Source: Eledone cirrhosa
Taxonomy: Eukaryota
Length of the DNA: 64,000 bases
Reading direction: 5' to 3'
Assembly: GCA_964016885.1 (NCBI GenBank)
Contig: OZ024746.1
Location: 94,488,001-94,552,000, forward strand
The translations under genes and the position numbers were made by a program. The notes below the pieces were generated by a model, which was not told the origin of the DNA, searched no databases, and was given only the letters and a program-made list of their open reading frames with translations. Shown one piece after another: positions 42,087 through 56,140 of the stretch. Position 1 is the first letter of the stretch, and each line of letters starts with the position of its first letter.

Positions 42087-42275
42087 AGGTGGATTGGCAG
42101 TATCGGTAGAGGGTCGGACGCCATGCTTTCCAGCATAATTACGTCCCTTTACGATCTGAGTTCAAATGCCGCCGAGGTTGACTTTGCCTTTCATCCTTAC
42201 GGGGTCGAAAAAATAAAGTACCAGTAATGCACTGGATAATTGCTGGCCTTGTGCCTAAAGTAGAAACAATTATTT
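42087..42275 (+). mobile_element. S1 SINE with 18-bp target-site duplication
   Basis: attatttgtcttaactag on both sides. Confidence 0.9.
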
Positions 42276-42947
42276 GTCTTAACTAGAATATCATAAATCT
42301 AACCCAAACAGAAGTATCTACCATCTCAAGCAAACGCAAATTATAATCCTACAGTCATCTCAATCCACCATACACATACAACTACAAATTAAATTTAAAC
42401 TCGACTTTCAAAATCATATCTCGGCCCTCTCTCACAAGACCCAGCCTGCTTCAGTAACTGGTATGGGAGCATTAAGTAGCTAAATAACACTATAAATTTC
42501 TGTTTGTATACAAAGAGTACAGAATTTAAGTGAAACTCCGATTAAGGTGTATGTAAATACATACATTTATACATGTAAACATATCTCATACACGTCTTTC
42601 TCTGTAGATTAAATATAAGATGAGCAGCTTAAACCAAATTTCCGTCCTTTTTGGGATCTACTTCAGAAGCTACTTACATGTCACACAATTCATGGAGACA
42701 CGCTACTAAAGGCTTTGTAAACCTATTAATTATAGCAGTAACAACGAACTGGGTCTGATAATTTGCATAATTTGTCTCTGTGTATGTCTCATTTTCCTTA
42801 ATGCTTTAGACATCTCTTCCTATTCCTCATATCATTCTCATCTCCTCCACTTTCTTTTCTATATTGCTATTACTACTCACCTGCCTCTACCTCTCTTATC
42901 TTTCCCTTTTGCTTAAGGTTACGTTTTTGTTATTTCTTACCGAAGAA

Positions 42948-43170
42948 GGGCGGTGAATTGGCAGTATCGGCAGAGGGTCGGACGCCATGCTTTGTAGCAT
43001 AGAGTTACGCCTCTTTACGGTCTGAGTTCAAATCTCGCCGAGGTTATCTTTGCCTTTCATCCTTACGGGGTCGATGAAATAAAGTACCAGTTACGCACTG
43101 GGATCGATTTAATCGAGCTTTCCCGCCCCTAAAATATTGTTGTCCTTGTACCTACATCAGAAACCAATAT
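42948..43170 (+). mobile_element. Full-length long-form S1 SINE
   Basis: A and B boxes, body, tcgatttaatcga hairpin and tail. Confidence 0.9.
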
Positions 43171-43664
43171 TTCTTATTGGACATTTTCTCAATATTCACA
43201 TAGGTGAGTTGCCGCTGGTACATATATATAAATGATCTTTATAACATGTACAAAAATTGATGTTAAAAATTGATGTCAGCAAAGCCTGGTATACTAATTT
43301 ATTTACATTATTCTTAACTCTGAAGCCGAGAATCATTCGGTTTCCTAAATAGAATATTAGTCTACGACTTCCTTTATACCATACACATGGTTTTGTCTTT
43401 GCGTGTAATTGTTCCCACCGCTCCACATAATGACGTATTATCTTCGCTTTTTTTCGTTCATTGCCATATTTCGAGATATTTACTTCTGCGTTCACAGATT
43501 GATTCTTTTAGTTTCAGAAGATCCCGTTTAGGGTGAAAGCAGCGATTCTTTGCTTAAACTTTAATGTTATTTTAATAAATATTTGCTCTAGGGTTCTTAT
43601 ATATTTGATATATATTTATCCTTATTGAGCCCCCTTTGGATTTTAGTCTTCAAATTTATTCGTA

Positions 43665-43689
<25 letters not shown>

Positions 43690-43702
<13 letters not shown>

Positions 43703-44679
43703 GAGGATGTCTGTCTGTCTGTCTGTGTAAATCCATAAAACTCGAGAGGTACCCGACCAATATTTTTCAAATTTTACACATGCGTTACTTATATTTCTTG
43801 AAGTGGAATGGGCTAAAACAATTTTTAACTTTTTTTGCACTAGGGCCCGCATTAGGCGAAAAACCGCATTTTGGGGCTTTTTTGAGGCATAACTTAAAGA
43901 TAATCCAGCCGATTTCCTCGAAATTTGCAACACACATTAGTTAGTCCCCTCACATTGTTGTGGACAAAAAATTCCGATTCCATTAATGGTTTCTAGGAAA
44001 TTTACGAATTAGCATTGGGCGTTACATGCCATTTTCATTTTCAATATAAACGATACCTAAACATCGTAAGTAGCGTATAATATTTCGTTAAAAATGTGGT
44101 TTATTTAAGAGAGGACACAACACTTACTTTTAAGCAGGACCATTTTCGGTGGGGATTGAGGAAATGAGGAGGACCTTAACATTTTTGTCGGCGCCCTGTT
44201 GACGCTCGTGCTGTTATCACGCGCAAATCCGGGCCCTGTGTACGTTGCAGCGTTATTGACACCGTAAAACTCACGCCTGTGCTACTTCTACTAAGACCCC
44301 TTTTGTTGCACCTACACCGCAGTATGAACGCCCTGCGCAAGTATGTCGAACAGCGGTTGTGCTAATTCCGCTGTGGCCCCTTTTGTCGCACCTTTGTTGC
44401 TGTGTAAACGCATTGCAACCAGTGCCGCCCAGGGTTTGTGCTAATTGCACTATGAACCCCTTCTGCTGCAGCTGCGTTGCCACGCTGATTTCGTCATCTC
44501 AATATCCCTACTTAAACGTACATCCCTACTAGGTTTTCACACAATTGACTACGTCACTCCTCAATCATTCCCTGAGAATAAGGGAATTCAAAAAGTGCAC
44601 AGCTACATTCCTCAATCTTAGCATATGCGTGTTGCTATTTCACGTTTCCTACCCCGTGAAACGCTGGGTCATGCTGCTA

Positions 44680-44680
<1 letters not shown>
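43690..44680 (+). mobile_element. Non-autonomous Helitron-like element
   Basis: 5' tatatataaaa then (GTCT)n; 3' hairpin-like cccgtgaaacgctggg, then CTAG followed by T; no TIR or TSD seen. Confidence 0.7.
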
Positions 44681-44715
<35 letters not shown>

Positions 44716-44716
<1 letters not shown>

Positions 44717-44901
44717 AAAAAGTATGACCCCGACGGCAGAGCTCAAGCCGTTTCGACAGCTATTAGTCCAGAAATAGCCGTCGAAATGGCTTGAGCTCTG
44801 CCGTCGGGGTCATACTTTTTCTTATTTCCCACTCTACTACCCTAAGTACTGAGTACTCTGGTGCCTTATGGTCCATCTGGTTCCTTACCACAATTCCTTT
44901 G

Positions 44902-44905
<4 letters not shown>
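44716..44905 (+). mobile_element. Family B fold-back unit in (TA)n
   Basis: palindrome 44716-44821 plus tail. Confidence 0.85.
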
Positions 44906-44935
<30 letters not shown>

Positions 44936-44959
44936 TAGGTGCGTTTTTCCTTGTGTGTG

Positions 44960-45030
44960 TGTATTGGGTTCAATCGGGGCTAACCACAGTAAATAAGGTA
45001 CTCAATACAAAGCAGAGTATATACAATATC
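44960..45030 (-). repeat. Family A tail fragment
   Basis: reverse complement matches 32725-32785. Confidence 0.75.
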
Positions 45031-45457
45031 TAATATATACACACATATATATATATATATATAGATATACATATATGTATGTGTGTGTGGGTGCTACATG
45101 GCTGAATTTTTAAGCATTTTGATCCCACTATGTGACATCTTGGGCAAATTTCGTTTACCGTAGCCTCAGATCAATTCGTGACTTGCTAGTGAGATTTGGT
45201 AGATGGAAACTATTTGGAAGCTCGTAGGAGGGACTCTACTTGTAATTAAAATGTACGTATGCAATGTATGCGTGTATATAATGTATGTGTATATATAATG
45301 TATGTGTATGTATTTATAATGTATGTGTATATGTATATAATGTATGTAATGTATGTATTGTAATGGATGTATATATGCAATGTATGTATGTATGTATGTA
45401 TGTATGTATGTATGTATGTATGTATGTATGTATGCATGTATATATATCCTACATGGA

Positions 45458-45530
45458 TATAAAGTAGTGGCCGTACTCGAAAACGAGTTGGCAGCCACCA
45501 TGTATGCATGTATGTATGTATGTATGTATG

Positions 45531-45561
<31 letters not shown>

Positions 45562-46175
45562 TGTATGTATATATATATATATGTCAGGTCACCAGTTGGT
45601 ACTACTGGTAACATGTATCCCAGTACAACCTGTCCCATGGTCGGGTCGTTGGCGACTAAACTGACAACCTCACCAAGGTTTCTTGGTGAGGAGGGTGACT
45701 TTGGAGATCCTGCAGGAATAAAAACAAAACCTGTCAAAGGGCAAAGGAGTTCTTAAGAGTCAATGGCCATCCAAAACACCGGGAGAGATGACCCCTTAGC
45801 CTTTGTCAAGGCAGAATTCTTGGAGAAGGAAAACTCTGATATAACACTTGCAACCCTGATGGTATCCAATGATGTTGACTTGTTCTTCTTTTTGGTAAAT
45901 ATCATCTTGGTTAAGAGAGTGGAACTGGCTTTGTGCAGTGCCTTTGCTCACTATAAAAGCTTCACGGCACAGGCATTGCTTTATATCTGGAGATCTCTCT
46001 GCACTTGTCACATGGTACCATGGGCCCAGCACTATGTGTCAATAGTTGTCACAGGTGTAGTGTTTGTACCAGAGTTTTCAAGTCGCTGGCTGGACTAAAA
46101 AGTCACACTTGTTCAGCGCATCGGTATAAAGTAGTGGCCGTACTCGAAAACGAGTTGGCAGCCACCATGTGTCTA
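45458..46175 (+). mobile_element. RTE-like 3' termini with (ATGT)n tails (45458-45503 and 46030-46170) flanking other repeat fragments
   Basis: CSVCTRVFKSLAGLKSHTCSAH zinc-finger-like C-terminus; identical tataaagtagtggccgtactcgaaaacgagttggcagccaccatgt occurs twice. Confidence 0.65.
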
Positions 46176-46534
46176 TGTAATGTATGTATGTATGTAATGT
46201 ATGTATATAAGTAATGTATGTATGTAATGTATGTATGCTATGTATGTAATGTATGTGTGTATGTATGTGTGTATGTATGTAATGTATGTGTGCCTGTCTG
46301 TATGCGTGTATGTATGTAATGTATGTATGTATGTATGTATGTATGTATGTATGTATGTATGTATGTATGTATGTATGTATGTATGCCTGTCAATCTGTAT
46401 GTATGTATGTAATTTGTGTATGTATGTATGTAGGTATGTGTTTCTGTCTGTGTGTCTGTATGTATGCATACATATACTTATATTTACATTTGCTACGAAG
46501 ACAACACACGGCCAGTGAGAGAACACGACCCCGT

Positions 46535-46591
46535 GATATCTCATCTGATATCTCATCTGATATCTCATCTGATATCTCATCTGATATCTCA
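46535..46591. repeat. 12-bp tandem repeat (GATATCTCATCT) about 5 times
   Basis: read directly. Confidence 0.95.
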
Positions 46592-46677
46592 TGTATTCAT
46601 TAAGAGGTTATCACCACTCTCCAATAAAAGCTGCTCCATTGAGGTTAATCAAAATATAAATAATTACAGTTATTCAA

Positions 46678-47070
46678 TAATAATTGTTTCTACTTTTGGC
46701 ACAAGGCCAGCAATTATCCCAGTGTATTACTGGTACTTTATTTTATCGGCCCTATAAGGATGAAAGGCAAAGTTAAACTCGGCGGGATTTGAACTCATAC
46801 CATAAAGGGCCGCAACTCATTTCTGCAAAGCATGGCATCCGATCCTCTACTGATACTGCTAATCCATAGTTATTCAATAATAATTGTTTCTACTTTTGGC
46901 ACAAGGCTAGCAATTGTCTCCGTGTATTACTGGTACTTTACTTTATCGACCCCGTAAGGATGAGAGGCAAAGTTAAGCTCGCCGGGATTTGAACTCAGAA
47001 TGGCAGGGGTCGTAACTCTATGCGTCAAAGCTTGGCGTCCGACCCTCTACCGATACTGCCAATCCACCAC
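46678..47070 (-). mobile_element. Two tandem S1 SINEs with a triplicated target site
   Basis: agttattcaataataat occurs before, between and after the two copies. Confidence 0.9.
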
Positions 47071-47416
47071 AGTTATTCAATAATAATGTCATCAATCAAG
47101 GGACGTAAGCAGATCTTTACATGGCAGCACAGTACTTGTATTGTCTGCTGTTTACAAACTGTACTTGCGAACATGCTGTCATTCTGTCATATAAAACCAT
47201 GTTTCTAAACTAAAGGAAATTCTCTAAAATTCCTGTTTGTATTGTATATATAGTTAAGTTAGTGTTAACATATTTGATGTAGGGTGTATATATACTTATT
47301 TTCTAGACAATATATTGTATATACATCGGGTCATTTGTTGAATCAATGTTGTTGAATTTTATTTATTATTCTCTTTCGATTCGAAAAACTTTCCCAAACT
47401 CTCCAAGTTAGCATTG

Positions 47417-47456
<40 letters not shown>

Positions 47457-47507
47457 TCAAACGTATATACATACATACAATGTACGTAGTCACAAGTATG
47501 AAAATAC

Positions 47508-47705
47508 ACGGAAGAGCCAAACTCACACTGCCATCGCCCCCATCTCTCTCGCCCTCCTCATCTCTGTGGATAGTGAGCAAATGGGGTCCCAAGTGTTACC
47601 CCCTCCCCCCACCCCACCCGCAATCCGGCGGACAGAATGGAGAAGGCGTTTCTCCGGAGGAGAGTAAGGCGGATGCGGTGGAAGAGTTATTCCATCTCGC
47701 GAGGC
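47508..47705 (-). mobile_element. Third CRE-like 3' end
   Basis: reverse complement matches 16550-16730, including the gagggcgagagagatgg..gcgatg.cagtg 3' region. Confidence 0.75.
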
Positions 47706-47969
47706 TTTTGTTCAGCCCAACGTTAGCCCTCATTGAACAGATATATGATGAAAAGCGTTGCACTTATGGTCATCATGTTTATGTATATCAAAAACTACAT
47801 CATCAGATATTTCCCTTTTTATTTATGACGGCTTAGTGGTTAGGGTGTTGGACTCACTATCATAAAGTCGTGGATTCTATTCCTTGATCAGGTAGAGTGT
47901 GATGTTCTTGAGCAAAGTACTGAAATCGGATTCCAGCTTAATCCCAAAGTCCTGCCATGTCTTAACCTT

Positions 47970-48975
47970 AGACGCATTTACTGAGACTAGATGTTACCGG
48001 CTAGATATGGTCCGGGATTCCTCAACAAATTTCCGGGGATTTGATGGAGGAATGAAACTCAACTATTTAGGTACGGGGCTAGAAATGACTGCACGGGTGA
48101 GAGTAGGGATACTCAGAGATGTTCAGCTGTTGGAATGTGGCATGGGTTTGATGCCATTGGGAAGGAGGGTTTACCCCTTTCATATTATGTATATGTATGC
48201 CTTCCATGTTGCTGTAACTTTTACTGTGTTTATTGTCGGGGCTATCTCTTCTATGGATTGCATTGTAGTGTTTTGGCCACTACATGATGCCCCATAGGTG
48301 GATAGTACCATGATGACATCTTTGGACAGCTGCTTATGACATGGGTGACATCTTCGATGTTAATTCTGCAGAATCTACACTTGTTGTCATATCTAGGTGT
48401 TTTGCCTGCATCCCTATCTCTTTTGTGTTGATTTCCTGTTCTTGGATTGCAAAAGCATATCCTTCAAAGTGAAAGCCAATTTACCGGTTGTTTGTCCAAG
48501 ATAGACTATTTTGCTTATCTATATTACGCTAGAGCTTCCTGGCAATATATCTATGCATGAGTTTTTGCTGATAAGCATGCAGTTTTCATCCATGGATTCA
48601 CTGCGGTATTGCTGGGCAATTTCTCTGGGTGTGAGTTTTGTTTATCATGCAGGGAGTATCTTTCAAAGAGTTCCTTCTCAACTCTCATGATCTTATCAGT
48701 CTCGTGCAGATAGACTTGCTCAATAGATGGGCTCCTACTCTTAAAGGGTCGTAAATGTTGTCGGAGGGATTATGATGCGACACTCAAATACTGTCTGGAC
48801 TGATGTTAGGCCTCTATCTCCCTGCTTACCTTTCAAGTGGAGGAGGCGGTCTATGTCACTGTTTCCGCTGTTGTTTAGAATTTTCCGGATTTTAACATCA
48901 ATTGCTCCGACTTTATCTATCGACCTATCGAGTATTTCAAACGTTGCTGATTGGACAGGCACAGCAAACACATTG
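47970..48975 (-). pseudogene. Decayed Dong/R4-clade LINE (post-RT region and CCHC knuckle)
   Basis: FAVPV...IDVKIRKIL...SDIDRL...GDRGL; FEGYAFAIQEQEINTK; KCRFC...EDVTHVISSCPKM. Confidence 0.75.
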
Positions 48976-48980
48976 TGTGT

Positions 48981-49041
<61 letters not shown>

Positions 49042-49611
49042 TGTGTGTGTGTGTGTGTGTATGAGGATGTGCATATGTCTTGTTTTTCTTCATAATTCCT
49101 TCAATCTCTTTCAGTCTCTTTCCTTCTTTCGTTTCTCACTCCCCTTCCCCCTGTAAACTATTCACTTCTTCACTTCTGTCTCCAAATTTTCCTTCTCTCC
49201 CTCTCTTACTCTTTCTCTTACCCATCTCTCTCCTCCTCTCTCTCTGTCACCCCCTCTCTTTCTCTCAGCTCTCTCTCTCTTCCTCTCTCACTCTCTCTCT
49301 TCCACTCACACTAGATAGCATTTTGCATAGTCGTTCATTTCACACTCTTCCTCTCACACTCTCTCTCACTGTCATACTCTCTCACTCTCTCACTCTCTCT
49401 TACTGTCACACTCTCTCACACTCTCACTCTCTCTCACTGTCACACTCTCCTCCTCTCTCACACTCTCTTCCTCTCTCCCTCTCTCTCCCTCCCTCTCTCT
49501 CCCTCTCTCCCTTTCTCTACCTCTCCCCTCTCTCCTCACTAAATGCTATATATATATCTTCTCCCACTCCTTTCTCCCATGTCATCATATTTGTTCTTCT
49601 TTATTGCCTCA

Positions 49612-51218
49612 CCCCCCTCGCTCCTCCACTAACACCCCAACACTCCGACCCCCCTCGCTCCTCCACTAACACCCAATACTCCGACCCCCCTCGCTCCTCC
49701 ACTAACACCCCAACACTCCGACCCCCCTCGCTCCTCCACTAACACCCCAACACTCCGACCCCCCTCGCTCCTCCACTAACACCCAATACTCCGACCCCCC
49801 TCGCTCCTCCACTAACACCCCAACACTCCGACCCCCCTCGCTCCTCCACTAACACCCCAACACTCCGACCCCCCTCGCTCCTCCACTAACACCCCAACAC
49901 TCCGACCCCCCTCGCTCCTCCACTAACACCCCAACACTCCGACCCCCCTCGCTCCTCCACTAACACCCCAACACTCCGACCCCCCTCGCTCCTCCACTAA
50001 CACCCAATACTCCGACCCCCCTCGCTCCTCCACTAACACCCCAACACTCCGACCCCCCTCGCTCCTCCACTAACACCCCAACACTCTGACCCCCCTCGCT
50101 CCTCCACTAACACCCCAACACTCCGACCCCCCTCGCTCCTCCACTAACACCCAACACTCCGACCCCCCTCGCTCCTCCACTAACACCCCAACACTCCGAC
50201 CCCCCTCGCTCCTCCACTAACACCCCAACACTCCGACCCCCCTCGCTCCTCCACTAACACCCAACACTCCGACCCCCCTCGCTCCTCCACTAACACCCAA
50301 CACTCCGACCCCCCTCGCTCCTCCACTAACACCCCAACACTCCGACCCCCCTCGCTCCTCCACTAACACCCAACACTCCGACCCCCCTCGCTCCTCCACT
50401 AACACCCCAACACTCCGACCCCCCTCGCTCCTCCACTAACACCCAATACTCCGACCCCCCTCGCTCCTCCACTAACACCCCAACACTCCGACCCCCCTCG
50501 CTCCTCCACTAACACCCCAACACTCTGACCCCCCTCGCTCCTCCACTAACACCCCAACACTCCGACCCCCCTCGCTCCTCCACTAACACCCAACACTCCG
50601 ACCCCCCTCGCTCCTCCACTAACACCCCAACACTCCGACCCCCCTCGCTCCTCCACTAACACCCAACACTCCGACCCCCCTCGCTCCTCCACTAACACCC
50701 AACACTCCGACCCCCCTCGCTCCTCCACTAACACCCCAACACTCCGACCCCCCTCGCTCCTCCACTAACACCCCAACACTCCGACCCCCCTCGCTCCTCC
50801 ACTAACACCCCAACACTCCGACCCCCCTCGCTCCTCCACTAACACCCCAACACTCCGACCCCCCTCGCTCCTCCACTAACACCCCAACACTCCGACCCCC
50901 CTCGCTCCTCCACTAACACCCCAACACTCTGACCCCCCTCGCTCCTCCACTAACACCCCAACACTCCGACCCCCCTCGCTCCTCCACTAACACCCCAACA
51001 CTCCGACCCCCCTCGCTCCTCCACTAACACCCCAACACTCTGACCCCCCTCGCTCCTCCACTAACACCCCAACACTCCGACCCCCCTCGCTCCTCCACTA
51101 ACACCCCAACACTCTGACCCCCCTCGCTCCTCCACTAACACCCCAACACTCCGACCCCCCTCGCTCCTCCACTAACACCCCAACACTCTGACCCCCCTCG
51201 CTCCTCCACTAACACCCC
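49612..51218. repeat. 37-bp satellite array (about 43 copies)
   Basis: unit cccccctcgctcctccactaacaccccaacactccga, with 36-bp and single-base variants. Confidence 0.97.
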
Positions 51219-51289
51219 ACCTCTTCGAACACCTCCACGCCATCACTTTAGTTTTAAATAATATTTTTTTCGTTAACTTCTACCACTAC

Positions 51290-52860
51290 TATTACCACCA
51301 CCACCACCACACCACCACCACACCATCACCACCACACCACCACACCAGCACCACACCACCACATCCCCATCACCACATCACATAACACCACCAGCACCAC
51401 TACAACCACAACATCACTACCACCACCACTACAACCACAACCACAACACCACCACCACCACTACAACCACAACAACAACATCACTACCACCACCACAACA
51501 CCACCACCACACCACCACAACACCATCATCAGCCCCACCACCACATCACACAAGCACCACATCACATAACACCACCACCACCACTACAACCACAACATCA
51601 CTACCACCACCACTACAACCACAACATCACTACCACCACCACTACAGCCACAACAACAACATCACTACCACCACCACTACAACCACAACATCACTACCAC
51701 CACCACTACAACCACAACATCACTACCACCACCACTACAGCCACAACAACAACATCACTACTACCACCACCACTACAACCACAACATCACTACCACCACC
51801 ACTACAGCCACAACAACAACATCACTACCACCACCACTACAACCACAACATCACTACCACCACCACTACAACCACAACAATATCACTACCACCACCACTA
51901 CAACCACAACATCACTACCACCACCACTACAGCCACAACAACAACATCACTACCACCACCACTACAACCACAACATCACTACCACCACCACTACAACCAC
52001 AACAACATCACTACCACCACCACTACAACCACAACATAACTACCACCACCACCACTACAACCACAACATAACTACCACCACCACTACAACCACAACATAA
52101 CTACCACCACCACCACTACAACCACAATATAACTACCACCACCACCACTACAACCACAACATAACTACCACCACCACCACTACAACCACAACATAACTAC
52201 CACCACCACCACTACAACCACAACATAACTACCACCACCACTACAACCACAACATAACTACCACCAACACCACTACAACCACAACATAACTACCACCACC
52301 ACCACTACAACCACAACATAACTACCACCACCACCACAACAACCACAACATCACTACCACCACCATTACAACCACAACAACAACATCGCTACCACCACCA
52401 CTACATCAACAACATCGCTACCACCACCACTACAACATCACTACCACCACCACCACTACAACCACAACCACATCACTACCACCAATACTACAACATCACT
52501 ACCACCACCACTACAACCACAACAACAACATCACTACCACCACCACTACAACATCACTACCACCACCACTACAACCACAACAACAACATCACTACTACCA
52601 CCACCACTACAACCACAACATCACTACCGCCATCACTACAACCACAACAACAACATCACTACCACCACCACTACAACCACAACAACAACATCACTACCAC
52701 CACCACTACAACCACAACAAAAACATCACTACCACCACTACCACCACCACTACAACCACAACAACAACATCGCTACCACCACCACTACAACCACAACAAC
52801 AACATCGCTACCACCACCACTACAACCACAACAACAACATCGCTACCACCAGCACCACCT
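51290..52860. repeat. 26-35-bp CAC/AAC-derived minisatellite
   Basis: unit accaccactacaaccacaacatcact with local variant blocks (cataact, catcgct). Confidence 0.95.
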
Positions 52861-53209
52861 ACACGACGACCACCCCAACACTATTACCAACACCATCAAA
52901 CCCCCTACACAGCACCACTCCCATCATATACCCCCCCCCCCCTTATCACTTTATCATAGCGGAACCATTTCTATATCTTGGGATAAAAAGTAAAATTAAA
53001 GCAAAAGGAAAAAAAGTTTTTTTTTTTTTAACACTGACATCTACTTCCTATAAAAGTGGACTGCTTAAAACTGACTCTCCCTGAGGCAACAGGGTGTGAC
53101 TTCGATATGATCTCGTTACCTGCTAGAAATAACAGTTAAATATATTTTAAACCACAAATAAAGAATCTAAACTATAATAAAAGGAGGAGTGCGAGACTGC
53201 GTCCAGAAT

Positions 53210-53870
53210 ATATTTTTTATCCCCTTAGTAAAATAAGTTGGATTACATAATTTATCTACTAAATTTTGTTATTCTTGATTAAATATAAATAATATTGTTG
53301 CTTATTTGAAGATTCACTTCTTCAAAATTTTCAAATGACAACACTTCCGGTTAGCGATCGCTTAAATAAATACTCATATATTTCCGTCACTAATTTTCTC
53401 TTAATGCAGTTTATATATAATATCGTCTTTTTTTAATGTATCATGGATTACGTTACTGATTACATAAGACAGTGTAACATAGTCTTCCTTCAATTTCTGT
53501 GTATATTGTTAATTACGATTTTATTTGATGTATCATATCTACATGCATATATACCTGCGTATAATATCAATATACACACTACACATGCTAGCAAATATAT
53601 AATATCGTCTTTTTTAATGTATCATGGATTACGTTACTGATTAAATAAGACAGTGTAACGCAGTCTTCGTTCAATTTCTATGTATTATATATTGTCAATT
53701 ATGATTTTATTTGATGTATCATATCTACATGTATATATACCTGCGTATAATATCAATATACACACTACACATGTATCATATCTACATGTATATATACCTA
53801 CGTATAATATCAATATACACACTACACGTGCTAGCAGAAAACCACTCGAAGGATGATTTTTCTGTTAGTC
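53210..53870 (+). mobile_element. Second family D copy with an internal ~180-bp tandem duplication
   Basis: paralogous to 21640-22320; segment 53415-53590 repeated at 53596-53772. Confidence 0.65.
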
Positions 53871-54570
53871 GTTTCTAATTTAGTTATACAAAGCCATCGA
53901 TTTGGGAGGTGGAGCAAGTCTATTAAATTGACCCCAGTATATTACTGGTACTTTAATTTATTGATGTTGGATAGAAGGATGAAAGGCAAAGATTTAAACT
54001 CAAAGTGCAGACTGTCGGAAGTAATACCGAGTTATTTAATCCCTATGGTTTTTAATTTAGGCAAAAAGCCAGCAAATATGTTTCAAATCACACTTTAATA
54101 ATGGTTTCTTATATAAACACAAGGCCAGCAATTGGGGAGGGGGTAGTCGATTAAATCGACCCCAGTGCGTGATTGGTACTCTATTTTATCGACCCCGTAA
54201 GGATGAAAGGCAAAGTTAACCTCGGCAGGATTTGACTCAGATCATACGGGGCCGTAACTCTATGCTGCAAAGCATGGCGTCCGACCCTCTACCGATACTG
54301 CCAATCCACCTCCCTAAATCACGCTTTAATAATAATTGTTTCTAATTTAGGTAGAAAGCCAGCAAATTGAGAAGTGGGCGAATCAATTTCATCTAGGCCG
54401 GAAGGGTGGGGTGAAATTGAATTAAATTAACTCTAGTATTTCATTCGTACTTTATTTTATCAACCTTGGCTGGAGGGATAAAATGCAAAAATTTATCTTG
54501 GCCGTATTTGAACTCAGAACTTAAGCAACCAGAATAATTAGCAGCAGGCGATTTATCTGACGGACTAGCA
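53870..54570 (-). mobile_element. S1 SINE cluster; young copy 54100-54315 has an 18-bp TSD
   Basis: aaatcacactttaataat / aaatcacgctttaataat flanks. Confidence 0.85.
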
Positions 54571-54613
54571 CTCTAAAGATGTGTAGTATAATGTAATTCT
54601 AGATATATTACAG

Positions 54614-54938
54614 ATGGTCCTCCGTCGGTTACGACGACGAGAGTTCAATTTGATTCGATCAACGGAACAGACTGCTCGTGAAATTAATATGAAAGTGGCT
54701 GAGCATTCCATAAACATACGTATCCTTAACGTAATTCTCCGGGAGATTCAGCATGACAGAGAATGTGACAAGTCTGACCCTTCGAATTACAGGTACAACT
54801 CATTTTTGCCAGCTGAGTGGACTGGAACAATGTGAAATAGAGTGTCTTGCTCAAGAGCACAATGTGCTGCCGGGAATCGAACTCACGACCATACGAATGT
54901 GAGCCTAATACCCTAACTACAAAGCCACGCGCTTTCAC
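54614..54938 (-). mobile_element. Full-length tRNA-headed SINE (family S3)
   Basis: Reverse complement begins gaaagcgcgtggctttgtagttaggg...gtgagttcgattccc and ends gtcgtcgtaaccgacggaggacca. Confidence 0.8.
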
Positions 54939-55663
54939 ATACATGTAAACAAAACAGGAGTCGGGTTACTAATGGCTGGAATGCTTTTGCTTTAGAGATT
55001 TACTCGATTAAACCCTGCTGCACTCAACTTTGCCGTACCTCTATTCGAGGTCGATTATGGAAAATAACCCAACCAGGATATGGATTAGCGGAACTGGTAA
55101 AGATTCGGAGAAGATGCCTTGTGGTATTTCTTCCGGCTGTTTTATGATTTGAGTTTAAATCCTGATGTGGCCTACTAGGGTGGCTGACCTAATCCATCGT
55201 CTGACTGATCAACACTACATAACTCTCTGATGTCTTTAGTGGAGTTGACTCTGTTGCAAGTTCTCAGCCTAAGTTTCCAGGTTGAGCTAACCTCCCATTA
55301 TCTCGAAAGTTTCATGAACACTGCCCAGCAAAACACATAGAGGGACTAACATGGAGGTAATGAACACAAGTATACCTAGATAGCGATTTGCATAGTCGTT
55401 TATTTCTTTAAATAGCAATTAAATTTACTTCAGGGGACCCTTAATTCGTGCTGGAGTCATAAAGATGACATCCAGACATATAACATGTCTTGGGCAGCGC
55501 CCATCCCCTGTCTGGCTGGAGAATATCTGATTTTTTATTTTTTTGATTTTTCTGGCCCAGAGGAAAAAAACAGATATAGAGGAAGAATCTATCTAGTACT
55601 GAATTCATGATTTATTTACCGACCTGTCTGGAAGCCCGTTGGATGGATTTACTTGTAATTTAA

Positions 55664-55869
55664 CCCTTTAGCATTTAAACCGGCCGTATCCGGCCAGAAT
55701 TCTCTCACCTCTTTCTGTTGAAACTGGCCGTAGCTGACCACTCATACTGATGTTAAGGTATTCTTCTGAAAATAAATAACATCAAAATCTCATAGATTCA
55801 ATATTATGCGAGATAAAACGTTTACCACGAAAACAATAATAAATACAGAGCATTGCAAATGGTAAAGGG
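55664..55869 (+). mobile_element. piggyBac-type MITE
   Basis: TTAA|CCCTTTAGCATTT ... AAATGGTAAAGGG|TTAA. Confidence 0.85.
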
Positions 55870-55920
55870 TTAAAGGAACAGTCTTGTCTCGCATTGTGTC
55901 ATGCTGAATCTCCCTGTTAA

Positions 55921-56140
55921 CCGTTTAGCATTTACATTACTCTACATATACTATTGTATTTTCCTGATAAACACTTTATTTCACATAATTATCTCACATA
56001 ATATCAATCTATGAGATTTTGATGATATTCATTTTGAGAAGAATACCTTAACATAAGTATGAATAGTCATTTACAGCCAGTTTGGGCAGAAATAGGTGAG
56101 AGAATTCTGGCCGGATATGGGCGGTTCGAATGCTAAAGGG
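55921..56140 (-). mobile_element. Second copy of the same piggyBac-type MITE, inverted
   Basis: TTAA|CCGTTTAGCATT ... AATGCTAAAGGG|TTAA; interior is the reverse complement of 55664-55869. Confidence 0.85.

Noticed and set aside
43196-43495. 99-aa non-repetitive minus-strand ORF
   Set aside because: GTG start with an upstream stop, no recognisable domain, no clear splice sites
49612-51218. 37-bp repeat array as a CRISPR array
   Set aside because: Units are contiguous with no unique spacers, no cas genes are present, and the context is eukaryotic
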